This document shows positions 1 through 14,181 of a DNA stretch of 64,000 nucleotides, in pieces; positions within the stretch are counted from its first letter, which is position 1, and every line of letters begins with the position of its first letter. Under the pieces are notes generated by a model, which saw nothing but the letters and a program-made list of their open reading frames with translations, ran no database searches and had not been told where the DNA came from. This DNA is from Camelus ferus (Eukaryota), in the NCBI RefSeq assembly GCF_009834535.1, contig NC_045697.1:59956001-60020000 (forward strand), given 5' to 3'. The translations under genes were made by a program, and so were the position numbers.

Positions 1-11
1 AGTCAAGTATC

Positions 12-173
12 TTTTTTTGTTTTAAATCATCACTTTGTAAATTTTATTTTTTATTGTAGTTTTTAACCTTGTTTTCGTTATTACTGTTTTTTTAATAGAG
101 GTACTGGGGATGGAACCCAGGTTGTCATGCATGCTAAGCATGCACTCTACCACTGAGCTATATCCCTCCTCCC
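12..173 (-). mobile_element. tRNA-Ala-derived SINE (camelid vic-1 type) with A-rich tail
   Basis: Reverse complement of ~95-172 reads GGAGGGATATAGCTCAGTGGTAGAGTGCATGCTTAGCATGCATGACAACCTGGGTTCCATCCCCAGTACCTCTAT, with Pol III A/B boxes and a tRNA-Ala-like head. T-rich tail at 12-95. Degenerate TSD agtcaagtatc (1-11) / agttcaaatatc (174-185). Confidence 0.85.
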
Positions 174-302
174 AGTTCAAATATCCTATTTCTTTACCTC
201 AAACTTTATAACCAATAGATCATCACTTTACTGCTGATAGTATCTTTTAACTGTTACCCCAGTTCCCCACTTTTATTCATCCCCTTTGCCATTATCTCAG
301 AC

Positions 303-549
303 CAGTTTTCCTAAGGGGGAGAAGACTAGGGTTGGCACTACAATGAGATGGAGGGAGGTATTTGCCCCCAGGGGACATTTAACAAAGACTGCAGATATTT
401 TTGTTAAAACTAGGGGCAAGGATGATACTGGTATCTAGTGAGTAGTAGCCATGGGTGCTCCCAAACATCCTACTATGCACAAGACAGCCCCTGCCAGCAA
501 AGAATTATCCAATCCAGAATATCAATAGTGCTGAGGTTGAGAAACTCTG
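303..549 (+). mobile_element. MER20-type hAT-Charlie DNA transposon (MITE)
   Basis: CAG...CTG termini and diagnostic 3' end aagaattatccaatccagaatatcaatagtgctgaggttgagaaactctg. Degenerate 8-bp TSD tctcagac / ccttagac. Confidence 0.8.
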
Positions 550-557
550 CCTTAGAC

Positions 558-960
558 CAAGCCATCACTAATGTCTTCTAGATAAACCTAGCAACCTGAT
601 AACTGACCTCTCCTTACCAGTCTTGCTCCCATCCACATCATTATTCACACTCCAACTACAATGGCCTCTCTACAACTTACTATGAACCTGTGTTTTGTAC
701 TTAAGACTTTAACTGTTCCTGAGCATCAGGTCTGAAAAAGGCTTACAAGATTTTTCATGATTTGCTTCCTTATTTACTGTAGTTTCTTCTGTCATCCTTT
801 TCCTTTCTTATACTAAGCTTCAGCCCTACTAAAGCACAGGAACCTTCCATTTTTTGAAGACCCATCCTCTCTCCTCACTGTCTGGCTTTTAGCATTTTAA
901 CATGCTATTCCCTTCCGCTGATACTATGACTCTTAAGTGTCAAGCCTCATTCCCTAGGAC
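558..960 (+). mobile_element. L2 LINE relic
   Basis: Pyrimidine-rich, L2-like motifs (accagtcttgctcccatcc, catgctattcccttcc). Heavily diverged. Confidence 0.55.
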
Positions 961-2699
961 AAGTGCCTGCCACTAAGGAAAAGTGGAAAGTAACCGAGAA
1001 TAGGCACGATAATCCTTGTATCCCTGGAATTTCTGAGAGAACAGGTTGGGCTGTTTGAGCCTAAAACTCAGTCCATTTTCTACTCTAAGTGTTCAACAGC
1101 TGTTTAGTATCATTGTTGTTTTTGGTACTATTACTGCTTTGTTTAACATACTATAAGCATATCGAGGACAAAGTTTTTTCACCACTTGTCTTGGCACTGG
1201 AAACAACTTATCCCATTGGGGCAGAGTGGCTAAGGAAGATACATTTCCCTTCATTTGCAGGCTCCTGGGGAGCGGGGGGAGGTCAGTGTGGGTGCCAAGC
1301 TGTAAGCAAATGTGGAGAGTCAAGTGTACATTGGATACCAGTCCATCTATTCAATAGCCGGAAAGTCACAAAATAATAGAGGAAAAGATGGCAGGTTTAC
1401 AGATACTGGGAATTCCTCCTGACAAACTTTGAGCCAGAGAAAATCAACAGGAACAACATTCTTGGTGATATTAACTGGTATAGGAAAGATAGGGAATAAC
1501 ATTTTTTTTTCCTTTACCTTGTTTGACTTCAAAAGATGCTGGAATGAGAAACATATCACTTAAATATCAATGTTTCTATTTTTAATTTTAAAGTATTTTT
1601 ATAACAAAGAAAAATCAATTATTTTGCCAATCTGAAGGAATAGTGCTTTGCTACCAAGAATAAAAACAGTCCACTGACTGCACAAATAGAATCCACAGTT
1701 TTCTTACAACATACTGACTGATTTTTGTTAACACTACTGCCCGGTGTCTTTAGATTTATTTTTAAATCCTCTTATCCAATTTATCCAAGTAACTTCATAG
1801 CAAGTTGAACATACTTTTGTTCTTTCATGATACTGTGGAAATAAAGATCATGAAAATATACATCAACAATTTCTAAACCAACTTTTAATAATTATCATTT
1901 TCATGTTTAATTTAAAAAAAAAGAAACCTCAGATACTATTCCTTAGAAAAGTCTAGAATTTGAATTTCTATGATTCTGATATTTCTTTTAGTTATCCAGA
2001 GTAAAAATAGTAGCTTTTAAAGGGGAGGAAAAAAAGCTTTTATCTTATTGACATATTGAAAAAAGGAAATGAGTTCAAGTTTGATAAAAAAGTCATTTTC
2101 AGAAAACGTGTAAGTTTAATTTTTTTAAACACTAAAGCCAAGCATCTCTAAGTGATAGCTTTTAACTATTCTATTGTTTAAAATTATTCTCCAGATAAAA
2201 GCAGGCACTTGCAAAGCACTTCCAAAACCCACAGAAGCATTATTTCTCACTAGTAAAACTCAAGTGATTTGTATTTTTTTCTTTTGTTTTATTGACTGTT
2301 AGAGAGGGATGGAGATGCTAGCTTTGAGAAAGAAGTAACTATGAGACATTAGTTATGTACAGAAGAAGTATTTGAAATTGCACCTCTGACTATTTTAAAA
2401 ATTGCCAATTAAAAAAGCACCATGTAAATGCCATTCTAATTTTATCCTATTTAAAAGGGAATTTACTGATATTCAAAAATAATCTAGCTAATGGGAGGTT
2501 AGATTATATTGAGTAATAAATAGGATATATTTCATGGAGAAATCAGTATTTAAAAAATTGTGTGCATTTGCAATGTGAAGTTACTAGAAAAGGATGCATT
2601 GTCAGAAATGTATTACAAAATTAAAAAATGAATATAATAGTTTTGATCTTAGATATGATACAGAGTAAAGGAACTATTTGAGAGCTTTAGATATCAGAA

Positions 2700-3530
2700 T
2701 ATTCTTTCATTCCTTTTTTAATATACTAGATGCAAAGAAAGACATATTTAATTCTCACCATGAAAGAGTTCATATCATAGTGAAGAAAATGTCAATTTGC
2801 AAAAACTGAGACAAGGTGTGCTAAATTTTATAATGAAAGTTTTTACAAAAGACAGTGGAATACAGATTAAAGAACTATTACTTCTATTAGAATGGAAAAG
2901 GAGTAGGGGTGTTAAAGAAACCCTTACAGGTGAGACAGAATTCACCTGGAACTCAGAAGAGGTGAAGGCACTATGGGGCCATATTGACAGAGGTTAAGCA
3001 TGAGCAGAGGCAGAGAAGCAGTGAAAATACAGAGAGGTAGAAATTAATGAGGGAGGTGCAGGGTATATTATAGATGGAAATGTGTTGGTGGGGCAGAATT
3101 AGTTACTAAAGAGAAGTTGGAATTTTATTTGAGATCATGTTTGAATAGGCTTTAGGGGTCATATTAGTATTTTGGAGATTATTCATGAATAATAGTGTCC
3201 TGTTACCTTTTTAAGCAGTGTGTTGGAATGAGTAAATGTTAGTTTCAGAAATTCAAAAAACTCTGAGATGGGAGTGAGATGGGATATTGGGCAGAGAGGC
3301 TAATATCAAGGATAGCAGCCAGAAGCCATCGCTGTTATTTAGGACAAAGATAGAAGAATGACTGGCAGGAAGCACCAGCAATGGTTAATAAATGAACATA
3401 TTTGGAAAGCAGACGAAACTTAATGGCTTGTTGATGCAGGAGGCTGAGGAGTGAAAGGGAAGACGGAATCAAAGATGACGCTAAATAGGCCAGTTTTTCT
3501 GACATCTGGTCCTGGAGAACTGTACTTTCT
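2700..3530 (-). mobile_element. L2 LINE relic
   Basis: Purine-rich L2 minus-strand motifs (gagggagtgaaagggaagacggaatcaaagatgacgctaa). Confidence 0.55.
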
Positions 3531-6500
3531 TCTAATCTCAGATAGCAACGCTGAAGAAATTTGCATGACTTCATGTTCTTTGCAAACAGTTTAATTTCTC
3601 CTTCTTCTGGGTTGCATCTACCCTTTATATATGCTTCTGTTGTTCTAATCACATATTGCATTTGTTTAGACCTCTCTCAAGAGGGAAAGAGGTAACAATA
3701 AGTGAAAATAATAAGCAAGTTACTGAAGAGTCTAAGTGAAGTTATTTGAACTATTATCAAGTGAAAAATTACTCTGGATGCTGCTAAATTTAAAAAGTAA
3801 AGGCTAAATTTACATATGACATTCAGTTCTAAATCCATAAGGCATAGAAAGTGGAAAGGATTAGTGGTAAGAAGTTTATTTTTATAAAGCATATTAGAGT
3901 TATGAAATTTTTTTGTTTTCAGTGCTATCAGTTTAATGCACAGAGATTAAATTGTCATAAAACTATTTTTTCCTCCTTCTTCAGACATACTGTCTTTACT
4001 ATTTAAGCATATAATTTCTCCTATTTAACCATGAAACAAGTCTTTAAAAGTAATGGTTATGTTTATGATTATAAAACTAATACATGCTTACTATAGAAAA
4101 TTTTAAAAACTGAAAATGTATAAAGGAAAGTAGAATTGAAATATAATCCCACTACAACAGATATCCATTATTAACATTGTAGTAATAATTCTTATTGATC
4201 TTTCTCTATATTTATGCCTACTGTCTTCTTGTATGAATGTATATGCATGCCTCTTTATTGATCAATTATTAAGAATTTGTTGATTGTCTAGGATGACATA
4301 TCACGAAAATATTGCCTCTTTTCTTAAGATTCTACATTATGTTGTAAGAGTGTGTTATGATTTAGAAATTTCTTAGGTTTGTTTTTTAATTATAGACAAA
4401 AGTGCCACAAATATCATAGGGGCGATTTGTAGTAAGGCTCTTTGTTAGAGTCTATACTCAGTCGTTTTTCGGGTAATATTTACAACATATACAGATAAGA
4501 AAAGGAGAATCAAACAAAAAGAAAATTTGGGTAATGGAAATATTCCAAAACTTTAGTTTGAAAGTTAGTAGCATGTCAGTTTAAGATTTATTAAAACATG
4601 TAAGTGTTGTGATGTCTGGATTTGAAATAAAAGGCCCAGAAATGTATAATTTCCAAATTGTTCTGATAAGTGGGAAAATTGCAATGAAATTTATAGTCAT
4701 GAATTGGTTCCCTAGAGAGAGGATCTTATAATTACAGCTCTTTTCTCTTTAACAAGCTAAGCAAGAAACAGCCCTATCAGAACATAATATTTCATTTAAT
4801 ATTTCCATAAATTTGGAAAATGTAATATTTTAACTTTTTGTAGCAATTCTATTAAAAATCATAAGTATTGTTAATTTCACTTGTTGAATAAATGAACGAA
4901 AATATAATCTTCTCTGCCTCATGAGCAAAATGTAGAAGATACACAATTTTATCCCCTCATCTTGTTTTCCTCCGTAGACAACCTTCAGCTAATCAAATTA
5001 TTCAAAAACGTTGAATGATATTATTTATGTTATGCTTATATAGCTAAGTAAATTTAATTAAACATCACTTTTTATTCTTATTATTTTTAAACTCTTCACT
5101 TATTATTTCTATTAGACTAATTTCAATGTTAACAGCATTAGCAAGTCAAATGTAAGAAATGTCAGGTATTGGAAAGTTTGGTTTAGAAAAATGGTGTGGG
5201 GAGACAAAAATTGCCTTTACCATAGAATTTCTAAATATAACCTACCAGCCTGTGCTTTAATTAAATTGCAAATATGTTTTTCCTTTGAGTACTAAGTATT
5301 AACAGCTAGAGAGTTGTTGGATTAGTAAAGCTGTATATGGGGGCAGGGAGAGAGAAGTTAGTCATTTCTCCACAATGTCTCATTAATTTCCAATATTTTT
5401 TAGCCCACTTACACATACTCATATACATGCACACACATACCATGTTCTCTTATATTCTTCTTTTTTTTGGTACAGGAGTACTAGGTAGACATTTTGAAAT
5501 TGCTGAGTTACATCTCATGTAGAAAATGGCCAATAGTGTGTGGGACCTCCCCGAGGCTTTTATTAACACACTGCTAGATCTCTATAACTGCATGGGGAGA
5601 TGTTACTGGTAGTCCAGCTGGCCAATTTATTGAAACCAGGACAAAACCCCAGTTTCTATTTAATTATCTGTAACATTGCTATAGCACTAAGAAATTGGGT
5701 TGCCTGGTAATTTTGCTGCATTGCTGAATCTGTTCCAAGGTGAAAATGGTGATTTCAAGAAATTCATTGAGTTTCAGGCAGGAATGAAAGTTTAATGCCT
5801 ACTTCATTCATCTCCCTGCCTTAATCCTAGGTCTGCAGTAAAGTAATCCCAAGAAGATAGACATCTTATTTTTATCTTTAAGGAATGAGAATCTGCAATC
5901 TTATTTGGAACCCAAGTCTCACATTTCTCCATCATCTCAGCCAGAAAGTTCTTCCAAGCATCTGTGCAATGTTTAGCCAAATAACTATTTGTTGCCTCTC
6001 TTTGAAAATCAATTGAACTTCCACTTGTGTAACATCTTGAAGATGTAATGTCTGTTACCAGAATAAAGGTGAATGTATCTATTAAAATTTTCTTAAAGTC
6101 TTGCTATTTAGACTCCTATTATTTGTAATGTAGGGAAGTTTTAAATTCCATTGATTCTCTCCTGAATGCTGTGTTTTAACCAAAGCCTCCTTATTATTGA
6201 GATGGAGAAGTATGTAAATAATCTAGGTTGCATCTCAGTACTAGTCTTGTCTTTTCTTAAAATACTACCAGATGATTCAACTGTTGAAATATTGTATTAT
6301 CTAATCACCATTCATAATTATATCTACCTTTTAAATTCATCTAACTATTTGAACTTTAATTGAATTTTCTTAAGTGCATTACCCTTCCCAAATTTGGCTC
6401 AATTAATGAATATAGTGAACATATCTTTATTTTGTCTATTTTAAAATTCTTTATTCTGTTTTGTGTTGAATTGAGATGTGAAATTTGAACTAAAAAACCA

Positions 6501-8204
6501 GAGTACTTAATAATAGCTACTACTTTCTATTTCATAAAAGAGGAACTAAAACTCAGAGTGATTAAATAGATTGTGAGTAGCTATGTCAGGACTACAAAAT
6601 TCTTCCCTTACCCTTATATCACAATAATGGTTTCTAAAATTTAGAAATGTAATGAAATATATCATCCTAACTAAAAAGATCTTTATTTCACTTTTTGAAA
6701 ATACTTGTGTCATTTAAGACAAAAAAAAAAAAGAGAGGTAACCAATAAAAAAAATAGAATATACCTCCATTATTTCCCCTGGTGCATACACACAGTGGTA
6801 CTTATAAAAATTATCTTTTGTGAAACAGATTTCATGGCAACATTGCTTCCTCTGGCCAAATGTGTAGAATCCACAGCAATGTACTAGGGCTCAGAAAACA
6901 TAACTAAAACAATAGCAATAACAACAACAACAACAAAGCCCATAAAATAATGAACTGAAATCAAATAAATGAAAATTATGACCTGGTATATATGTGACAG
7001 CAGCCCAGCTACTTCTGTCCACATCACTGAATATGGACTAAGAAGCTAATTGGATCAAGAGCTTGAGATGCTTACAACTACCAGGCAGCGAAGAAACCAC
7101 TCCGCTTGTGCTGTTGTTTGTTTTAACCAGTGTTTTCTCCAGTGTTGTTCAGTTTCATATGTATAACTCTAGAATGCTGCATAGATGAGATCTTTCTGGG
7201 AAGTCAGAAATTAAGATGGAGAGTCACAAACTACTAAAAGAAAATGGGGCACGTGCTCTGATTTTCTGATCTTTCATAGGAAGGCAGCCAATGCTGAACT
7301 GAGGTAAAGCCAACAAATGAAGAGTTCAAAGTTTGTGAATATTCTCTTTAACAGGAGCAGGTAGAAGAAACTGTCTATGTAAGTCCTTGAATAGTACCGT
7401 AAGTTCTGAGAAAAGAGGTAGAAATCAGTATCTCCCAGCAAAATTAACACTCCTCCACCAAGGCAAGACCCTGACTTGTATGATGGTATTATGGAGAACT
7501 GTACAATCTTTGCTAGAGTATCTGGGGTTTGGGACTAAAGTCGTTATGAGATACACTGTACCACTTCCTACTCTGATGCCACCATGTAGATGCTAAATTT
7601 GTATATCTTTGGCTAAATTAATTAAGAATGTGGAATCTGAAGTATATACTTTTTACCAATGTATTGTACAAAAATGCTACACATGACAAGTAAGAATGTG
7701 TATAGATATGTGCACATGTGCATATTAAGTCAATGATAATATAAACAGGAAATGTAAAACAAACATCTTAAACATTAGGAAATGCATGCAGTCCTGTGTA
7801 TGTATTCTTGTGTGTAAGTATACTTAAAACTGTGTACTTAAGATGAAAATCCAGTCCAAAGGCATGATCATTTGATGTGATAAACTATGCGTGAAAGATT
7901 TTCAACCCTCTTAGAGGAAAAGCATAAATTTCTTATAATTGTAAGGAAGTTATTTTATAACACTAGTCATTTTTCCTTTGGTTCAGTGTATACTTTTAAA
8001 AATCCACTGAAATAGTTTTGCCTGATTATGTTATACCTTTGATGATGGTGGCAAAGTTAATAATACTATAAAAGCAAAAGAGAGTCTTTTAGCTATTACA
8101 TGAAATGCTTTTATGAAAGTGCAAATAATATTCAAAATTATAATTGCCAGTATTTATATTGCACTGCCCTAGATGGTTTAGTCATAAACTTACTTAATTC
8201 TAAC

Positions 8205-8610
8205 TGTAACCCATTGGATGAGGTCCTCACGAGGACCTGACCTCCTGTTGACCTGCGAGTTGCTGCCAGACAATGGAGGCTCCTCACCTCCTTCCCTGTC
8301 CTTATAATGTAAGTTCTGTCCACTGTTCCCACAGCTATAGCCATTTCCAAGGATGTAGCCTTGAGAGAGAATGGGTCATTGAGTGCATCTGGACTGAATA
8401 CATGACGGAACCCAGTTAAGGTCTCTATATAAACTTTTAAGATTCTGGTATGTAGGTGCAGAGATCTACTTTTCTTGCAGCTGTCCAAGACAAGCCTCCT
8501 CTGTAAGTTCCCCTGCTTATTAAACCCACCACCCACAAATTGGAGTGGTCTGCCCTCTCTCTTTGGTCCCCCTTTGCACTCATGTATGGGTGCCAATTTA
8601 AGTATCAACA
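8205..8610 (+). mobile_element. ERV1-class solo LTR inserted in a MIR
   Basis: TG...CA ends (tgtaac...caaca), TATA-like tctatataaac (~8425) and attaaa poly(A) signal (~8519). It splits a MIR (cttaattctaac | aaccctatg...ccattttacag). Confidence 0.75.
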
Positions 8611-8760
8611 AACCCTATGTGATGTGTACTATTATTATCTCCATTTTACAGGTGTGACTTGCTCTGTGAGGTTAAGTAATTTTGTTCAGCAGTTAATAAA
8701 TGTAGGGCCAGCATAAAAATTCTAGGTAGTTTGGCTGCAATGTCTATTTTTTTAAACACT
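8611..8760 (-). mobile_element. MIR SINE fragment
   Basis: aaccctatg...tactattattatctccattttacag...gaggttaagtaattttg matches the MIR core (reverse strand). Confidence 0.7.
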
Positions 8761-9092
8761 ACAAAATAATTCATCCCACTGGTGAGAAAAATCACACCTC
8801 TGCATAGACTGGAGACTCTATAACTGTATAATGTTAATCAAAACTGGGCATTTAGCCTTGCCAGGAAAATCTGTATGGAACTATTATGTTGAAAAGGAAA
8901 ATACAATAGACTGTAATGATAAAGTAACTTTATTCCTCCCATAACAGTCCTTTTAAACCTATTATGTTTGGCCAGTTCCTCCCTGACTCTTGGATGGTAT
9001 CTGGGGAAGGATCTATGAGTTTTCTGCTCACTCTCTCAAGGTTATAAAATGTTCTCTAGTTACTTTAGTCACAATTAGGTCTTATTTTTGTA

Positions 9093-9575
9093 TGACAGGG
9101 TTCAGGACATGCTACTCCAAATTATGGCACATTGGCATATTGAATACCTTAAGGTGAAGAAATTTGAGAAATGGCAGGTGCAGGAAGGAGTCTCTGACAT
9201 CCCCTTCTCCCCAGAGTAGGTCATGAGAGGTGCCTGCCCCACAGCCAGAGGAAAGGAGAGTCCTTCTTTCAGAGGACTGAGGAATGCAGGAAGGAATGAA
9301 AATGAACAGACCTTGCTAAGTTCCCCCGGTTTATCACCCGTAGCTCATGTTCTTTTGTCCTACCACATTTTTCCACGACCACACCCTTCATCAAATGTAG
9401 CATTAAAATACTCAGATTTAACAGCTTCTTCCGGTCTTCATTTTCTTCTTTAAAAAATTCCCACATGGACTAGTAAATAAACCCCTATACTTTTCTCTTG
9501 GGAATCTGTCTTTCATTATAGACCCTCAGCGAGAACCTAGAAAGATAGAAGAAAGAAAAAATGTTTTCTCCGCCA
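9093..9575 (+). mobile_element. MER34-like ERV1 solo LTR
   Basis: 5' end gggttcaggacatgctactccaaattatggcacattggcatattgaatacc is typical of MER34-group LTRs. aataaa at ~9476. Confidence 0.75.
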
Positions 9576-9699
9576 ATGGTTTTTAGAGTATCCATTCTCG
9601 TGTAATAGTGAGGACTCTAAACTTTAAAATTTATGCTTCCTCCATTTGCAGTATTTCAGTTAGAGGCCTGCAGTGGCTGGATATAGTGGTCAAACTCAG

Positions 9700-12600
9700 C
9701 TTTTTTCAGTTTTTACTATGGGTACTTTACAACATGTATCAAAGTTGAAAAAATGTCTAGTGGAAACTCAAATACACACCTCTAGATTATACCACGAATC
9801 TTTTCATATTCTTGCTTCATCATAAGTCCTTTCCTTTATCCATCCTCTGTTCATTCATCAATCTTATTTTTTGATGATTTTCAAACTAAATCAGAGACAT
9901 CAGAACATTTCTAAATATTTCAGCATGCAGGTCTTAGATAGAATTCAGTATTTATATGCCTTTTTTTCCCCTGATGTCAAACTTACAATTTGTGTGTATT
10001 GAATCTCACGAAGTTTAGCGTATGCTTTCTGAGTTTTTACAAATGCACACACTCTTGTAAACCAAGTCAAGATAAGACTATAATTATCATCCCAAAAAGT
10101 TTGGCCATGCCCAGTACACTCAACTTATGCCTGCGACATGAGGCAATTATCATTTTGATATTTTTAGACTACATGTTACTTGGGTCTGTTTCATAACTTT
10201 AAATAAGTCAAATAGTATGACATCTTTTTAGCGGTGAGCAGCAGCGCTTTGTATGGTATTCAGCATTTCATTTAATACAGTCACCTGTTAGTGGACTCAG
10301 CTCTTTCCAGTTTTTAATCATGTATAAAACAGCTTTGCAACATTTTAATGTGTTTTTTTTTCCTTACATATATTTTTATTTGGGGGGTTAAATACCTAGT
10401 AATGGAATTACAGGATTATTGTGTTACCGTGGGAGACGACAGGGCCGCCCTTGACCTCCGTTCTTTCGTGCAACAAAGAATTGAGAAGCCACGACAGTAG
10501 CAGAGTATTAGACAAATTTATTTTGAAAGGAAATACATTTCAAGACAGAGGTGGACCAAGGCAAGGGAGGCAACGGCCCGAAAAGCAGAGTACCTTAGCT
10601 TTTTAAGCGTCGGGTTTGCCCCGGGGAGCTGCGTCATTTGGTTGCCAGCCGAGACTTACGTAGCGGGTATCCGAACTGCGCATGCTCTTCCCAGAATTCA
10701 CTCTGTTTTAACGAGATTAATGTACGTGCGGAATATGTAACAGGAGATAATAAATATTTAGGAGGGGAGGGCCGTTTGAGGGCATGGGTCGGGGCTTTGC
10801 GCATGCTCAGCCAGGGGACTTTCCCGCTGTGGTGTTTAGTCGCTTCTCTGAGGGTGGTCGTTCCTTAGGTGTTACCAGCCACGAGCAGGACTGAGTCTCT
10901 TTGGAGTCCTTCGGACATTGTCCTCCTGGGCCTGAACGCTCAAGGCTGACCGACTGCCTACCAACTGGATAAATTATGTTTAGTTACATGAGATATTGCC
11001 AGAATTTTCTCCAGAGTAATAGGCCAAGATAGGAGAGTTTATGGGTGATCCATACGCTCACCTGCTTTTGGTGACGTCAGTCAGATTCATCACTGAGGAG
11101 GTATGTAATGCCGTTTCTTATGGTTTTATTTTTCATTTCCCTAGTAATTAATGATGTTGAACACCTTTTCATGGGCTCACAATGTGTTTTGCTCTTGTAG
11201 ATTAGAATGTTCTATAAATGTCAACTGGGGCAAATTGCTTGGTTGTTTTTACCATCTGTCTCATATCGAAGGCTGGTTCTCATGATTACTTTGTCTTTGC
11301 AGAATTTGTTCTTCCTCGCCCTTCTGTATGTCTCGTAATTTCTTATCGGAAGGCTGAAATGTTGTTGTGTGTGACAGGAGACCTGAGTTAAATATTTTGT
11401 TTTGCTTGTAAAATTGAACTCCTTTCGTTCTGCCAGGCCTGTGAAGTGGGGGTGGGAGTGGGGGTGGGGGGGGAGGGGGTGCTTCTGAAAATCTGGTCAG
11501 GGGCTGAGCCGGGTTCCAGGCCCCTTGTGGCTGTGGTTACTCTCATTGCACCATAGCCATCAAATTCCACTGTAACCGTGGCTTTGGGATGTGGGCCAAT
11601 TTGCAGAGGTTTTGGTTTATTTCCTCAATATCTGCTCCCTTCTTGGCCGTGAGCGTCTTTTCTGTGCTCTGGCCTGGAGAAACTCGTTCTCTCGCAGTTC
11701 TCCCAGCTGTATTCTATCACTGCCTTTCCTCGGTGCTTATCAGCCCGGGTGGCACGTAGGGTGGGGGTGATCTTGGTTCAGGTTTACCCTCAGTCTTGGC
11801 TTGAACTCTGTCCCTGAGACTTCATATATGCTACTTGCCTTCTTGGAGCTGGAGTACTGGGCCGAATATGTATTCTGGCATCTTCTTTTAAGAACAGTGC
11901 TGGGTTTTAATTTTGTTTAGTACTCTGCCCCGCTAACTTGGGTTTCCTCCAATATTCTAAAGGCCCCAGGTTAACAGTTTTTATTGCTTTCCCCCCTACA
12001 GATTACAGTTTGTTATCTGAAAGAAAGATGATGGAGACCCTTCTCTGCAAATCCCGTCAGCAGCCGGTGGTCCCCTCCCCCACGACAGGAGAAGCTGCTT
12101 CTGGATTTTCCTCAGTCTTCTGTGAGCACCCGGTGGGGTCTGTGGAGGACAAGTCTGCAAAAGGTATGACTCTACTTCCCTGTATTTGTCACTTCCAAGG
12201 GTTTCACACTTTCACTTTTGCCCACACTTGACTTCTAGATGTTCTTTAAAATGTTGCAGTGTACCCTTTTACTAGTTGATACTTTGTTCTACTGCATCTG
12301 CCCCAGGTAAGCAAATGCTGGAGTATTGTTCTTTCAAGGGCCTGTGTTTCTGCAGATTCTGGGTCACTCGTTTGTTCTGCAATTTCTGTTCTGTAGCGGG
12401 TTTAAGGGGAGTGGTTGATTTGAATTTTGTCAAGCGTTTGCCTTGTTGTAATGGTAAGGGGGATACTTATATGTGTCCCTCTACAATTCTGAACTGAATC
12501 TGGAAGTCTTTCAATTTTATTTTGATTAATTATGTCTTCCTCAGCCTAGTATATTTTTCTCCATCATTTTGCTTTTAATCTGTTTGCATCGTTATACTTG

Positions 12601-13500
12601 AAGTATATTTCTTATAGGTAGCATGTAGTGGAGTCTTGCTCTTAATTCCTGATAATTTGTGATTTATTTAATAGATTTAACTATTTACATTTAATGTGAT
12701 TATTGATACAGTTTGGTTTAAGTCTACCATCTTGCTATTTGTTTTTCATGCGTACCAGCTATTCTTTTTTTACATTTTCCCTCATTCTGACTTATTTGGG
12801 ATTATTTGAATATTATTTATGATTCCATTTTATCCCTGCTTATTAGCTCTGCATCTTTAGGGTTGTAAATCTTTATGTTGACTTAAGGTTTATAACATTT
12901 TAAAATCATCACAGTCTACTTTTAATTGATACTGTGCTACCTCACATACAGTATAAGGACATTATTAGAGCAATATATGTTTCTGTTTCTCCCCTCATGG
13001 ACTTTATGCCATTGTCATAGATTTTATTTCTCTCTCTGTTGTAAAAATCCACAATACATTGCTGTTCGTTTAAACACTTATATTTTGAATAGATTTAAAA
13101 ATTTATTTTTTAAGTAAAAAGTACCAGTTTCAGTGCTTTTTATTACTTTGTGTCCATCTAGGTTTCCATTAGTATGGTTGTTCTTTTGCTTCAGAGACTT
13201 CCTTTAATATTCTTGTCATGCATAGAAGCTGGCTACTAATTCACTTGGCATATTTGGCATTTTGTATCTCTTTAAAAGCCTTTATTTTTGGAAGGTATTC
13301 TTGTTGGCTAAAGAATTTTGGGTTGGCAGTTTTTTCTTTTTTAAATATTTTAAAGATGTTTCTCCACTGTCTTCTGGCTTGCTTTTTTTTTTTTTTTTTA
13401 AAAACAAGACATCTGCTTTCATCTTTCTTTCTGCTTTTCTGTATGGGTTATGTTTATTTTGTTCTAGCTGTTTTTAACATTTTCTTTCTCTCTTTTTTTT
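9700..13500 (-). mobile_element. Composite of old L1M fragments (3'UTR/ORF2 end, 5'UTR-like block, EN region), interrupted by an LTR
   Basis: L1 minus-strand motifs: aaatacctagtaatggaattacagg, tttccctagtaattaatgatgttgaacaccttttcatg, tttacatttaatgtgattattgata...aagtctaccatcttgctatttg. Confidence 0.65.
10422..10963 (-). mobile_element. Young CpG-rich ERV solo LTR
   Basis: TG...CA termini (tgttaccg...ctacca) and 4-bp TSD attg/actg. tttatt at ~10518 is AATAAA on the minus strand. Abundant CpG and two tgcgcatgctc motifs. The flanking L1 sequence resumes across it. Confidence 0.85.
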
Positions 13501-13610
13501 AAAGTCCTTGAGGACAGGGGGCATATCCGCTTTGCTCCTTACTGTTTCCTCAGCATTACCCCATTGCCTGACACATAGTAAGTGCTTAGTAAATGCTTAT
13601 TTAAGGCTAT
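13500..13610 (+). mobile_element. L2 3' end
   Basis: ccttgaggacaggg...tgcctgacacatagtaagtgcttagtaaatgctt. Confidence 0.7.
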
Positions 13611-13689
13611 GACTCATATGGTGCTTAGCATGGTTGATTTGACTGGATAAGCTCATGAAAACGGGTAGCCCAGATAAGAAGCCACTCAA

Positions 13690-14118
13690 TAAAGACTGAG
13701 TTCTGTTGTGAGTGACATATAACATAAGATAAAAGTTTCTATCACTTTCAAATAAAGGAAATTCAGATACAAGCAGTTGTGAACTGGTATAGCATCTCCA
13801 TGATCAACAGGAAGTCTAATTCCTTCTATTCTGTTGCCTTGCCATTCTCAAAATATAGCTTCCACCTCACATCCAAGAGGGTTGCTTGAGCTCCAGCCAT
13901 TACTTCTGCATTCCAAATCTGTGTCACATGACACTTTCTTTTATATCCTGTTTGTCAGAATTTAGTCACATGGCCACACCTAATTACAAGGGAGGCTGGT
14001 GGAAATGTAGTCTTAATTCAGATAGCCATATGGCTAGATAAAAATCAGAGATATTATTACTCTGGGGTAATAGAAGGATAGAATAGATGTTGGAGGACAA
14101 CTAGCCATTTCTGCCACA
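13690..14118 (-). mobile_element. MLT1 (ERVL-MaLR) LTR, MLT1J-like
   Basis: ttagtcacatggccacacctaattacaagggaggctgg...ggaaatgtagtc and terminal tctgccaca. Confidence 0.7.
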
Positions 14119-14181
14119 GTCTCCAACGACAAATATCCATCCTTTCAGGGCTGTAGAGAGGAGGCAAGGCAAGTAGGCATA

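Noticed and set aside
95..172. tRNA-Ala gene
   Set aside because: Degenerate arms plus an A-rich tail and TSD indicate a SINE, not a tRNA.
8138..8611. 157-aa minus-strand ORF
   Set aside because: Coincides with a solo LTR; no recognisable protein motif.
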